64,000 nucleotides of DNA from Catajapyx aquilonaris (Eukaryota), in contig KZ538128.1 in the NCBI GenBank assembly GCA_000934665.2, forward strand, positions 1-64,000, given 5' to 3'. A model generated the notes under the pieces. That model ran no database searches, had not been told where the DNA came from, and worked only from the letters and a program-made list of their open reading frames with translations. Positions within the stretch are counted from its first letter, which is position 1, and every line of letters begins with the position of its first letter. This document shows, one piece after another, positions 40,196 through 53,983 of the stretch. The position numbers were made by a program, and so were the translations under genes.

Positions 40196-43100
40196 TGTGT
40201 CCACCGACATGTGTGCAACCCCAAAAAAAAATGTTTGTTTACTGTTCATCACGTGTGCCAATTGCAGAATGTATAAGTCCTTGAAGTAGAATTACCGTTG
40301 AGGTCTTCATTGGTGTAAACTTTTAGAGAGGTGAAACATGCTCGAGAAAATAAAGTGGACATCATTGCGCATGATTCGTGGCGTTGAGTTGGTGAGATGT
40401 GCCTGTCCACTATATTTTGGTCAAGCTTGTGGTCACTTTTTTTTAAATGGCTCACGCCGAGAGGCATCATCTTGAGAGTAGAAGGGGGAATTTTTAGAGT
40501 TAGGTCAGGTTATTGTCAAATGGAGTCAGATACAGTATGTCTGATTGCCATTCTACTTCATGATCTTCAATAAGGTTCCTTCTTATGGTGTGTGAGACCT
40601 AGTAGACTAGCCGAGCCATATTTTTTATTCACTTGCAAGCATCGGCCAACTTTACTTGACATAGCAACATACCGTGGCGTCAAACTACGAGTAGTCTACA
40701 TGCCTGTCCAATCCCCCCCGGAAATCAAACATAGTTTGGCGTAGAGAGAGCAACTGTGGTGACAACACGATTAATTTATTGTTTAAATGACAAAGATTTT
40801 TTTTTAAATTTCTTTGTACCCGGTATATCGAGAATATTTACCGAAATATGGATTACCTTTTTGTGCAACTGAAGTCCTGGTGGTGCATTTCATCTGGGCC
40901 AGAATCTGAATTTCTGATAGGCTATATTTCAGGTCTTCCTGTGTGTTGAGTTTGGCGATTGATTCTTCTAGGTCTCGCACATAACACGATACATGTTGCC
41001 ACTCCTCAGTAAGCTAAGAACGTACTTAATTTGGTATAATGTGATTTCATTTTGCTCTCGTCATTTTATGAAGAGTACAATAGCGTACACTTGTATACAG
41101 TACAAAAATGCTTACGTATTAACGAGCGGCAAAATGTATCGTTAAAATACTGCTGACCCAAAGATAAAAGAGTGTCGATAGAAAATATTTGTAAACATTG
41201 TATTTGGAACGAATTTGGTATATTTTTAAAACTTCCCTCGGCTGTACTTTAGTAGCAAATGGATCGTATGTCGTCAAGAAAGTGTGTCAGTAGACTATTC
41301 GGATATTTTTACAATAAGTTACTTGCATGCTAAATATTTATCGAGCATATCTCTACTCTAAAGCACATTTTAATATATCGCATGCTCATATTAAAGTATC
41401 AGATTTGACTCTTTAATACTTATGTCTGTTATTAAGAAGAGTTGTTGTCTTATTCATATCATTTTGAAAATCAGACATGAATTAAATCCATTATATAATC
41501 TGGTTTTCGGACACCGGCTACAGGCATCCTAAGGTCACTTATTGGTAGGAGTGGGTTACCCACTTGTTCGGATCCTATTTGTTGGGGCCTACTACCCCAA
41601 TGCATAATAATAATTCCAATAATGATTCGCAATTGAAAAATTGCTTGCGCGGTAAGAGGCTTGATCAGCATAACAGTACCTACCTGCATTTCTCACACCA
41701 GTTATAAAGATCTGATAAATAAATAACTGTTCATAATTATTATAATTCCAACCTTCCGCTGATAGCCAATTGATCTAGCTCCTGTTTCTTTTTAAATTTG
41801 GCACCGATACCTTGTTTACTTTATTTGCGTAAATAAATGCAATTTGCATAAATAGGGAGGGAAGAATAATTCTTCAAAAATATTAAGTATGGATGATACT
41901 GGCCTGCACTATTCCTGTATGCTAGTATTTAAGCAATTTGTAATGTTTTCAGTATTCCTTCCATATACACCTGCATTTTCCTTCAAGGTATATCCTAGGG
42001 AAGAAAATAATAGTGTTATGGAAATGGAGTGGGTGGGGACAAGAGGTGTCGTGCAAGTAATGGTTCATACTGGTTGGTGCTCAGCAGTGCGTGGTCAGTT
42101 TAATCTGCTTATTAATGTGTTCCTAATGTGCTCTTACCTTTTAAAAATATTTTAGCAACACGAAATTCTCTTCCTCAAATCTTATATGGATATGCCCCCA
42201 ATAATATTTTTTTATCTCGTGCTTATGGAATTATCTCTGATCATTCTTAGTCATTTATGTCGATTACATTGTAAAAAGAATGGAATGAAACAAAAAGTCA
42301 ATTTCATTAATATGCATGTGTTTAATTATTATGCAAGTTATCACTGAAAGACAAATAGCATATTTAGGACATGCAAATTTGTTATGTTTTAAAATATATA
42401 GTATGTGCGTCCATGTGTCAAATGCGAGCCTCCTACTATTTTAAGATGGATAATACATGATTATATTTCAGCAATATTTTCAATAATTCTGCTTCTTACA
42501 TGAATTTTGAAAACCTGTCTAAGCATATTAACCCTGGAACAGTGAGGTACTTAATCCACCTTATTATGGTACCGTGAGGGGTGCAAGGGGTGCAGTAGCA
42601 TGCTTAGTCTAATTTTGCAAATGTATATAGTTCTTGATAATCCCATTCAAAAATATAGTAGACAACAATGACTTCTTTGAATAATACTACAGCCAGCTCA
42701 TAATTTTTGAATTCATTCCTTTTATAATTGATTTGTGAGATCGACGCAAAAAAAAAAAACGGAAAAGGTAAAATATAGTGCATCACTGATTATTATTATC
42801 GTATCCTTTCTGCCTTCCCAATGCAAACATAAACATGCCAGTACAGCACAGGCAGTTGTGGACAAACATTGCTAAATATGAGAAATTCTGGATAACATCA
42901 TTGTGGAAGGGAATCTGCATTAGCGACCTATTATACCTATTATAGTCTAAATTAAATCAGTGCATCTGAAAAGGGAAGTTATTGCTTCAAATATACTCAT
43001 CTGCTATAACGAACTGTCCCATAAGGAAAGGGTTCTGCCCAGAGGTTAACTGTAAAGTGTACACTGGAGTACCAAAATTCAAGGAGTACCGGTACCAAAG

Positions 43101-45889
43101 AGTAAGGTACCTAAGGAGTACCTGGGAATATTATTGCATTTGGGCATTAGGCCACGTGCAAGAACATGTGTCGGTTCAGACCGATCAACTTCCGGTAATT
43201 GCTATTACTTTTTAATGGAATTTTTACCACTGTGAGTTTTTGGCATTGACTGCCGCCAACTATGTTTCAAGTCCATGCGACACAAACGCACAATTTTGCA
43301 AGATCTGACTGGAGTCAACAAAAGCATATTAGAAGTGTTTCTTAAGTTTATGATCCCACCGCCAGCGTATTGGACCACAAAAAAAAGTCAAAAACGTATG
43401 GTGAGAAATGTCGACGGACCAATTTTAGTAATGAGGTGGACGACCAGACACATTTGCCGTCCTCTAGACAAAGACGACAAAAGGAAGGCGTGAATATGCA
43501 GTGGTTGCCTATCAATGGAACACGATATGATATGAGTGTGATAATAATTCTTGTGCTTGAAGTGACCTCACAGGACTTAATCTGGTCAACGATTACTCTG
43601 TCTTCAACTAGTAAGAAACACCTGTAAGTTATAATCAACCATCATCCCACGGCAGCAATATTATGAGACTTTCACATTTTTACACTGATCTCATAGACAT
43701 AATGACCCTTTGCATAAAATATGTGCTAAATGTCATGATTGTGCTTTGAAGGCCGTACAGGGTCCATGTTTGCAGACTTTTCTATGAGTGTAGTACCTGA
43801 CATTAATGTGTCAAATAAATAGTAGCCTATACTTACGACTGTAAAACAAAACTCAAAACTATCCGACATTATTTTGAGCTTATTTTCTACCGAGTTGCAG
43901 CTAGAATCACGTAATCCAGGTTAGCATTAATTGAGCTACGGAATGCCCTGAAAATGTAATTAACTGTTGTTTTCAAACTAATGAGACCCACTTACAATGT
44001 GTCAACAGCAAAAAAGCAACTGCCTGTGATCGATAGTTCGGAATCGCCAATATCACACGTATACTGCTTACACTGTAGGCTAATATAGGTAGTAGATTGC
44101 ACCAACCAAAATTAGGCTGACTTACGGAGTAATAAATAAGCATTTCTACTATCATCCGTGGCGTGTTTTCTTTGGTCTCACACATGCACAAAGTTTTTAC
44201 ACAACAAAGTTTTGACGTGGATACGTCTTTAAAATCGAATCAGGGGGCATGCAGGCAAACCCGAGCGTTACAGAAAAGCGTTACAGTATATTATAATCGA
44301 GTCTATTATAACCGCGTCTGCTATAACCGACAGCAAGGGGACTCCCAAACCCAATATAACACTGAATACTTAAATGCCAGTATCAGCAGCTCCTCTGGAC
44401 ACCCTCACATCGTGAAACTCAAAAAGGGAGTGAGTCCCAAAACAAAAGGGGCTGTTCAAGCAAGGTCAGATAACATGTCTGCCGGGAAGGAAGGCAATGG
44501 CCCCATTGCCCCAACGTCACATTCAACTGTGACATAGACCTTGCGCCCACGCGCACAGAAATCTACCTGTCATCTACCTGTACATCCTTCCATATTGACG
44601 TTTTGGCGTATCTTTTGACACAACATAAGTTAGGATATGAATACAGTGTGACTGTCATGTCAAATGGCTTACAGTTTTGTGTTATTTCACGCAAAACGCG
44701 TTGACGAAATTGGGTTAAACGTTTTTTTGTGTGTGTAGGCCCCAAATGATCAAGGAATGAACAACTATTATGAGTAGGCCCTACGTCATGCACCAGAATG
44801 ATAGCCCTACTATCAGAACTAGAATAGAGATGTACAGTACATGTATAAGTGCACCCTGCTTTTTAAAATATCGGAGATATGTTCACCTTCCAAACAACTG
44901 ATCCATTCAGCATTATCTAAGAACTGTTATGGTGATAATAACATTATCTGGGTGAAATTCTGCAAATTATATTTCAAGACCGTCAGATAGCCTACACCAA
45001 GATACGCCAAAACAAGGCTAAAAGTTGAAAAACTGTATATAAGGTTCTTGGAAAATCAAGGGGTGGGTATCCGCTAGACCACTCAAAAATGCAGTTGGCC
45101 GCTGCTTTACAACCTCATAAGTTACTAGAAGTTTATATTTTAGGTAGCCCTTAATAGTAACTGTTCGAAAATTACTGCTTCATAATAAGTAGTCTAGTGA
45201 CTCAAAAATCGCTAACCACTATAGGAACACTTCATATTGGCATACACTGTTGATTTCTCTCTGCGTTGCTTTACTTATTTATGAGAAAATATTATTATAC
45301 ATAACTTATGAGAGTGTTTGAGTGACCTTTTTTACCGGATTTGAGTCCCGACTGACATTCCTAACTATTGTGATTAACTCTGTGATGTTCGCTTGCACAA
45401 ACAGCAATTTCCTTCGTATTCAAGAAATGTGGCTATATTTTTATTATACAGTAGAACAGCCGGTGTATAATAAACACTAGACTACTACTGTACTATAATA
45501 GTTAATTGACCTTAGCGGCATAAAGGCATTGGAATAATCCTTCCCCCTCTCTTCCTATTGTGTGCCAAACAACTGGTTTCACTGTAATCAAAATCACGAG
45601 CCGAAACGATTGGGAAGAGAATAACGCTAATCCTACCAGAATAATGGGTGAGAAGCAGGTATCTCTGGTTTTTAAACAAATCCTGAGAATACATATAATT
45701 ACTCTTTCCAGATGTGCATTGCCATTATAATTTTATGATCATTCATGAAGTTGCAACTGAAATGTCCGTAGTAGCTAGCGATTTCCGATATAATGCTTAT
45801 TTTTAGTAGTTACTTTTAGTGTTTATCTGAAGCATTAGCTGGCGTGAACCAATCCTTTTTGACTCCTGCAAATATAGTGTCCAGCATTT

Positions 45890-46572
45890 GAATGACCCAG
45901 AACGGAAAGGTCATAAGTCCATGAGACAAAATTTTACAGGGGAGACAAAAAACTGAAATGCGGCATTGTAAATTCGTCAAGGTGGTCGGACTCGCGGGAA
46001 TGTTGATCTTAGTCGACATTGGCATCTTGTTGAGCAGAGTTCGGTGGAAAACGCGTCATGACAGATGCGTGAGAGCGATTTAAAGGGACGGGACTTACGT
46101 CCTTTTCATTCTGAAAGATGGCAGGATGAGAAAATCTGTGCCGTTCTGTCACATATAACATAACACAAAATAATACATGTATTATTTTGTGTTACTTATG
46201 TTATCATGTGACAGAACGGCACAGATGTTCTCATCCTGCCATCTTTCAGAATGAAAGGGACGTAAGTCCCGTCCCTTTACTTCAACATTTTCCTGAATAC
46301 ATGTAGGTATATATTTACCGGATAATGACACGATGGACCAAGTGCATTTTCATTCCGAAGCAGCAATTTCAGCATGGAAAAGGTGTAAGTCTAGATCTTC
46401 CCCCTTTGCCATTCTGGAGGCAATTCTGACATGCTAAAATACAGCATATGGGTGGGGACTTTTGCACCCTCTCATACTGGATCTTATGCCCTCCATGCTG
46501 AAGAGTTTCCTTCCGCGAAAAAGTCATTTTGACCAAAAGGTGGACTTATGCCCTTTCCATTCTGGGTCATTC
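45890..46572. mobile_element. Sola1-like non-autonomous element containing an internal hairpin of about 200 bp (46081-46279)
   Basis: TIRs GAATGACCCAGAA / TTCTGGGTCATTC; TSD ATTT; subterminal repeats ggacttatgccctttccattctg. Confidence 0.7.
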
Positions 46573-47734
46573 ATTTACACTATAATATATTATGATGCCA
46601 ATATTGTTCCAATGACTTTTTTTTGCTAAGCAATCTTCAATGTGCGGCGTTAATTATAGCAGCCAATCTGCAGCCAATACTTTTAATAATTACTAAAATT
46701 ATTGTTACGCAACTGTTTAAAAACAATCAGCTTAGTGCCAGAAAATATCTATAACTACTAGTCTAATTACGGAAATTTCAGTTGGAACACCCTGTATTCT
46801 GGTTCCCGCAGAGGAAGATATTACAAAAGGCTAAATTTTATTTTGAAATCTTTAAGCACATCGGGCACCAAAACTCGCTACGTAGAGTAACATTAGCGCT
46901 TTGTTTTAGAGAATAATTAAGCATCAGAGAGGGAATTATCTAAAATAAATCCGTCCGTGAAATAATAGGAAGCACTCGTATTTGAATAATGTAACCTATG
47001 TTATGCTGCTGTACTGTTATTCGCATAAGTAATCACTGCAATTTACATATTATTTATGAACATATGCTACGATAATTTGAACACCAGCACCGTCCTTGTT
47101 CACTGTCTGGTTCATCTTCGTATTAAAATTCTAAAGTTTATTATGTGAAAATGCCTCCAAATGTAATAGAAATGAGAGACTTTATAGTCTGTGTATGTAT
47201 ATATTATATTTTTTGCGGGCTTCAACAATCAGGTGCTAAATTGCTTACTATATGAGAAAATCATGCTAGCATGTTAATGCGGCATATGAACTGAAATCCT
47301 ATCACATTGTTATTCAACAATCAATAACATTTTAAGTGCAAAATATGGTGTCTTGAAGGTCGGATTACTGGAATTCGGCAGTTATTTTTTGAGCTCAAAT
47401 ATGAGTGGACAGGATTCCAGCATTATTAGTATCCTACGTCTAATGCTATATTCATCCCTGACAGTTACTGTACTTAATTATATTTATAATTTACGAGTAT
47501 ATGACTCGTGATCATGATCATGATCAAGTCAATGTCAAAGTGGCCATCAATATTGTAGTATCGTTATACGGCTTTCCCGTCTCGATGTCCATATGATCAT
47601 TACCAGGTTGATGGCGAAGCATGAGTGTCATTTACGGGAAAATGTCTATTATATTAATTTTCCTTCGTCAGTGAGAAATGAATAAAATTGGAATGAATAA
47701 GTATGGTTGCTTATTTTTCCCTGTTTGGAGAGGA

Positions 47735-47800
47735 GCCGGCGCTGGTGGTCTGGTGGTTAGCGCTTTCGCCTCTAGTCCCAAAGTTGTGGGTTCGAACCTA
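47735..47800 (+). mobile_element. tRNA-derived SINE head remnant
   Basis: A box tggtctggtgg; B box ggttcgaacc; no pairing acceptor stem. Confidence 0.55.
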
Positions 47801-47859
47801 GCTTATATCCACGATGGTTAGCGCCTACACTTAACTGTTTGCACCACTGATACCTTCAC

Positions 47860-47873
47860 GTTACTTAGGAAAC
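47860..47873 (+). promoter_or_regulatory. RFX X-box
   Basis: GTTACTTAGGAAAC fits GTNRYY-N2-RGNAAC; lies 100 bp upstream of the ATG of a ciliary-type gene. Confidence 0.65.
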
Positions 47874-47972
47874 AACTTTCATTCGGGGGGGGATTCACGT
47901 TTTGGAGTGCAGTTTACTTTAATTATGGGGGAATCGAGTTCTGATGCTTTTTACAGGGTTTGCAGCCAGGAG

Positions 47973-48102
47973 ATGAAGCCAGAGATACCAGAGGAACTTC
48001 CTATAATAGGAGCCGAGTGGCGAGCCTTTTGCATCGGTCTACGCGCAGGACAAAAGAATGCTGGTTACGCCCGTCCAGCCCTGAAAGGATCCTTTAAAGA
48101 CT
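47973..48102 (+). CDS. pitchfork/CIMAP3-like protein A, coding exon 1
   Basis: MKPEIPEE...FKD plus phase-1 donor GTAAGT; W-x6-LRAxQxxAG aligns with exon 1 of paralog B. Confidence 0.65.
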
Positions 48103-49759
48103 GTAAGTTGCCTTTTTATTCACTATGTATTTGCTTACTCTGATCAATGACGGCATCCTGAACGACACAGGCAGGGGATCGGTTGTATACTGATGGTAAG
48201 CATGAATATATATTTGGGGTGATCCAAATCTGATTACTCAGGACGATGTCCGCTTGTTTGTTGCAGCAGGGTGTAGGGCAATATTGCCTCATTTGCTGAA
48301 TAATTGTAACAAAATGCACAATAGTGGCGTCCAAAGGCAAAAGGCAGTATCTGCATGGACCCGCAATGTCCAGATACTGCCTTTTGCCTTTGGACGCCAC
48401 AATAGATGGATCAGTCCCTTGTACAGTAATTTTTATACAATAATGCTGTAAATACTAATAATATTGTTGAAGAAAGGAAACGTTCCAGGATTGGTATATC
48501 ACAGATTGCGGCACCAACTGTTCAGGCCAGGTTGTGAGTGAACATGTGAAACTCAATTTTTCCCTACTTAGAGCCCAACTGTGAAATTTGGGTTTAAATG
48601 ATACACAGTTTTCACGTGTGTTATGACAAAAGTAGCTGCTAGAAGCCTTCAGTGGCGCCTATTTCAATTTTCAACGATAAATGACACTGACACCTAATAT
48701 ATTGCTGCATATTGTAACTAAAATCGAGGTTTAAAATGTTAATACAGGTTTTCTATTGCAATAATCCCTTCGATGGGATATCACACCGTGCAATCAGTAT
48801 GGCATGATCATCCATTTTAGCGAATGTTATTAGTTTTACAACTACACTAATTGCCCGCATCTTCTGTCATTGACATGAACACGCAACTTAAATTTTTCAA
48901 AGGTTCAAAGGTCGCCTTCCATGTCCACTTTATTATTGAATCCGCGATTTTCACAACCAGGACATTAGTATGGGGATCTCCGAAACATAATACCTGCACT
49001 ACAAATTGTGGCTATTCGCGGCTAAACTTATCCTATAGAAGAGATCTTTGCTGTTCTTTGTACCTCGGGATTCTATCAGAACGTTTTTAAAGAAGCAATT
49101 AAATATTCCAGCACTATGAGAAAACATCCAATAGATGCACAAATGGATGCAAACATGGTACACGTTTCAAGAGAATGTTGATAGCAGCAACAGTGACTTT
49201 TAACAACTTGTACGTAGAGCACATGTTTGCAACCTTCTGTGAATCCATCTCATGTCACTGATTCAGCCAAAGTACTAACGCCACTGGCCTTTAATTCTGG
49301 GTTTCATTGTTCACATTGTTTAAAGTCATTGTTGTGGTTTTAGCCACTAATAAATATATATGGCCTTACCGCACCAAGCACCGGAGATTCCAAGAACCCA
49401 GCACTTTTACATAATATTACATTATAGTTACGAATAAGCATTTATACTTTACACTTGCACAACCTGCATCTGATATCCAAAATGAAAGTACTGATTTACA
49501 TAAATTATACCCAGTACAGAGTGGCGCCAAAGTGCGCACTTCCACTCGGATTGAAGCTTCTTGGAATTTCTAAGACACAATTACGCTAGTTGATAATTAC
49601 GATTGCGGCTTCGTTACGGAAGTAATAGTTTTTAAAGACAGGATTGTATCAATGTCTATAAAATTTTTACAGCCTGAATTTCATTATTGTTGACTGTTTA
49701 CCAAACAACTGGTAACAATAAGATGCAGGCCAACAATAATGTTGTCATTTTCTATCCAG

Positions 49760-50126
49760 TGAAAACGATTGCCGGTCTGGCGTTCGGAAGCACCGTGCAC
49801 CGAAAGAAAGCACCAGTAACGTCCAGAAAGGCTCTTCTAATCGCCAATAAGCCAGATAATACTCCACCGGAATTAGGTCCAGGTGCGTACTACGACGCAG
49901 ACAGAGCATCTATCGACTATTGCATAAATAAGAAGATTACTAGCACAAAAGGAGGAATCATGCAAGCTAACGAAGCTAAGAGAGGACAAGTTGTGTACGA
50001 GCATCTTTTGGGAAACCCGTCGTCTTGGGACTACAACCAGAAAGATTCGAAGCCCAAACAGTCTGGCAAATTTTCGAAGGCTCCCAGGAAATTTGTGCTC
50101 ACCGACATCAAGAATAATAACCCAGC
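49760..50126 (+). CDS. PIFO: pitchfork/CIMAP3-like protein A, exon 2
   Basis: LAFGST..R, LGPGAY, TSTKG motifs; acceptor tttctatccag; phase-2 donor GTAAGT. Confidence 0.8.
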
Positions 50127-50459
50127 GTAAGTGCACACGTATATACTCGTACTTATATATAGAAAAAGTGAAGAAAAGTTAAGTTTAATTTGTCATTTAC
50201 ATGCTATCGTATTGACAATTGTCCTCTGTCAAACCTCACATTTTTAGAGTCCATACTATGTAAATTATGTTCCATTTGCCCCGATAAATTGATTGGAAAA
50301 ATTACTTTATCACATTGCCAGATTATGACTGACAGGGTACCATAAGTGTTTCCGACATTGCTGAATGGATACTTGCAAGTTATATTTTGTACATAGCTCA
50401 TATTTTGGTATTTTTAATTCATTGACTGACATGTGGGAGAAGTTCAATACTTCTATATA

Positions 50460-51178
50460 CAGGGTCATCGAAAGAGAATGTCCCATTTAAAAAACCCGAT
50501 AACTCGAAAACTTGCCCACATATCTGAATGATTTCAGTTTTGAAATACTAAGGAAGGTCTAAAGTTTTGGTTTCAGCTTAGTTTGTTTCGATATGTGCTT
50601 CATTTGTCTTTTGGCAGATAAGAAAGACAGTTTATGGTCTCCAGCCCAATCGGCTCAATGACATTTGGAGTTACCATTGGAATCCTATCCCGTAGGTGCT
50701 GGATATCTCTAATATTTACACCACAGACATTGTTCTTGATGATTCAAATAAAAGAGTCGCCTCATCATTGAAATAAACCTGCCGTAGAAAAATTTCATTT
50801 GTTCAGCCTCCCAGTGTGAGAAGTCTTCATGAGAAGTTTCCCAATGCCTAGCCCCTCCAGAAGCCCAGATATTACCCCCAATTGACTTTTTTGTGGAGAT
50901 GCATGTATGGTGAAAATATTCGGCATCTCCAGCACCTATGGGAAAAGATTGCAAAGGTATAATGCCAGACATGTCTGACAGTGAGTGGCTTAGGCACGAC
51001 ACCGATTACTGTATTTACATTTTTCAAGCGACAAATGGAGCTCATACCAAAACAAATTATGGTAAGACCAAAACTTTAGACATTTCTTAACATTTCAAAA
51101 CTTAAATCATTTAGATATATCTACAAGTTTTCGAGTAATAGGGTTTGATAAATGGGACATTCTTTTTCGATGACCCTG
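50460..51178 (+). mobile_element. internally deleted Tc1/mariner element in intron 2
   Basis: TIRs CAGGGTCATCGAAA.AGAATGTCCCATTTA; TA TSD; remnant of the RSPD-x-x-P-x-DFF motif at about 50855-50895. Confidence 0.8.
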
Positions 51179-51583
51179 TATTGAAATAATATAAACATTA
51201 TGTAGTGTAATCACGGCAACTGTGCTTAGCAGACCGATGCTCTGAATGAAGGTAAAAATACTCACTGTCAGTGCCACAATGAAAATCACCAGAGGTCCAT
51301 TATTTTTGAGCAAAGCATACGAGTATATTATTTACAGTATGTTTCTCCTTTTCAAAAATATGTGTGAGCCACCTTTATGGGTAAGTAAGCTCCAAAACAA
51401 CCAAATAGTGATTTTTTCCCATGTGAAGAATTTTTTGAATATGAACACTGCTGTCATATTGTGAATGGTTTTTTTTTCGTTTGTTTTTGACTATCATGTT
51501 TTCTAAGTAGGTAAAATTGTGGGAGTATATGCCTAAATTACATGCCACTCTAAACACTAACAATCCTTAATATTGATTCTTAG

Positions 51584-51929
51584 TGTGGGTACCTACTCTC
51601 CTGAGAAAGCAGAAATCGGGAAGAGCCTTCCAACTACTGAAGCATTTGGATCGGCTCACAAAGTGATTGCCGGCACTACCGTCAGGTGTATGATGCCGGA
51701 ACAGGTTGCCCTCCAGAAATGCATGATATGCAATGCAGCACCGAAAAACTCGTACTACGTTGCCGACAAGCCTTGTCCCACTTACCTAACCGAAAAGCAA
51801 TTCGAAAGGTTGCTTGGTGAAGTGGAGCCTATTGGACCTGACGAGAAAGTGGTGTGCAGTCTATGCTACAAAAATTTGACCAATCTTAAGCACAAATACG
51901 AAGTGGGAGAGTTCTTAAAGCAGTTTAAG
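51584..51929 (+). CDS. PIFO: pitchfork/CIMAP3-like protein A, exon 3
   Basis: Splice joins NNPA|VGTYSP (SHIPPO-like repeat); AFGS, CMIC and CSLC motifs; phase-0 donor GTAAGA. Confidence 0.8.
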
Positions 51930-52182
51930 GTAAGAAGTGATAATGTTTGGTTTAGTGTTACATTTAAAGTACATAATTATCATGGGCTAATTCCATGCAA
52001 AAGTATACATCAGGATCAGATTTTTAATTAAATAATTTCTATGATATTATGGTATTTGCTGAAAGCTGAGATTGTGTATTTTTATTTTTATTTTTGAACA
52101 GATATTAGAGAATTGTCACATACATTCAAGTTAACAACACTGTTTATTTCCAATATGGCGGGCGTGCAAATTTCTTTGTTCT

Positions 52183-52555
52183 AAGCGGTGGGCAACCTTT
52201 TTTCTCCGTGGGCCGCATACAGATTTTTTAAAAAATTTGACGGGCCACATTTAACAAAAGAAATTTCAACTTATAAAGAAGTTGACATTGATATATCCAT
52301 CGTTTTAAATGAACCTCCATTAATTGCATATATTATCATTAAATTCTCTGGAAATCGATAAAATTAGCTAAATATATCAATAAAAATGGCCTGTATAAAT
52401 TTAAAAAAACAATGTTTTTGTGGATTTAAAAGAATTAAAAAGAAATAGGCACAGGCATAAAATTCTGCAATTTTAATTTTTCAAAATTTTCAGGAATTCC
52501 GATATTTTTGCGCGGATCGCACAAATTGTCTTCGCGGGCCGTAGGTTGCCCACCC
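52183..52555. mobile_element. degraded hAT-type MITE
   Basis: Ends ggtgggcaacct..gggccgca / gcgggccgtaggttgcccacc. Confidence 0.6.
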
Positions 52556-52950
52556 CCTTTTCAGTGGATGGGAGATATGTTGTCCATATGAATTCCATTT
52601 TTTCAACAATAACTTACTTCATTTTTCGGCCATTGTTTCCTCTTCCAGAAGGTACCTGTGGTTTGGGTTTGCATGATAAAGCGTGATAAAGCGGTACAGT
52701 AGGCCTACAGTACATACTGTATTTGCTATCATGCTTAAATTATTATTTTTTTGTGGAGGGAGGGGATATAAATTTTTTTTTAGCCCAACAGTTGTTGTTA
52801 CTCTCCAGAGTCCAGACGATCTCATGCGCCTATAATATTCTTATCAAATGCATGTTCATTAGCCACACACATAGCAAGAAATTATTCTCTGAGCCTAATA
52901 TAATACTGAAACTGTATCATTGCCGTGATCACTTTTTCTATCCCTTGCAG

Positions 52951-53079
52951 AGGGTGAGTGGATGCGCCCAATATCACGATCATTCTGGAGGCCTGGAATC
53001 GGCCGTAACCAATCTGAAAACGTATCAGATCCCTCAGAAGAAAAGACTCGAGGGTTACTTAGCCCGATATTTGGGATGA
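52951..53079 (+). CDS. PIFO: pitchfork/CIMAP3-like protein A, last exon (about 323 aa in total)
   Basis: Acceptor ctttttctatcccttgcag; RVSGCAQYHDH...KKRLEGYLARYLG* resembles the pitchfork C-terminal YL-x-x-Y motif. Confidence 0.8.
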   Translation, partial: RVSGCAQYHDHSGGLESAVTNLKTYQIPQKKRLEGYLARYLG

Positions 53080-53629
53080 ATTAGCATTACGATGATGCTC
53101 GGATTTTTTTTTGTACCAAATTTGTTACACTCGTGTAATATAAAAATATTTGTTTTTTAAAACCCATATTCAAGCCTTATGAATATATGGTACAAAGCAG
53201 AATTTTGAAAACATGAGATATACGTACGCTCGCAGATTCTTGGATATTGCAAAACAAGTCATAACTTAAGCTTTTCCAACTTGGAATAAGATAATACTTG
53301 CCATTTCGTAATTTTCTTATATTACCAGTATCAATAAGCTTGCCTAGACCAGGTCAAATTTGGCGCTATACGGGGTTCAATGAAAATTGTTCTGTTACTG
53401 AAACTACCTGCACCATTACTAGAAAAAATATGAAGGCCAGAGGGTGATGCTCGGTAGATTGGCAGAAAATCCAAAACCGCGAATATGGATCTCAGAAATG
53501 TAGGTTATTCATTTCAGTCTGCGGGATGAACAGATGAGATCTGGCAAGGTCACATATTTTTCCAGCCATCAATATTGGGACCACATCAGTTGCATCAGAC
53601 ACATCTAACTTTGTAAAACTCAATACTCT

Positions 53630-53983
53630 TTTTTTTTTTTTTTTTTTACCCCGTGCTAGGCATCAAAGGCCTCTTTGGGGGGTGGCACACCACCATCAGT
53701 TTTCTCTGTGTATTACACTTTTTCTTCATTCACCGGTGCAAGGAGTCAAGGATGTCGGGTAGGGGTAGGGATTTTTTTTGGGGAGGGAACATGGGTGCAA
53801 GTGCAATGTCTACAAATGGGTCATGTGCTGTCCCCCAGGAGGTTAGGTTGCCAGACACCTCCTTGGTGCAGGTCAGAGACCCTCCTGACGCAGGTGAAAG
53901 GAAAGTTCCCCAGGCGGGGATCGAACCTGGGGCCTTTCACTCAGCAAGCCGTGACGTTACCATCACGGCCACCACACCTCCCC
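53630..53983 (-). mobile_element. full-length tRNA-derived SINE
   Basis: A and B boxes on the minus strand; poly(A) tail; 18-bp TSD tgtaaaactcaatactct (53612-53629, 53984-54001). Confidence 0.9.

Noticed and set aside
43275..43638. Overlapping 72-96 aa ORFs
   Set aside because: No recognisable motif or convincing splice structure; at most a TE remnant
49687..49759. Start of pitchfork-like A at the in-frame ATG 49723
   Set aside because: A strong acceptor at 49759, a phase-matched upstream exon and the same intron in paralog B favour splicing
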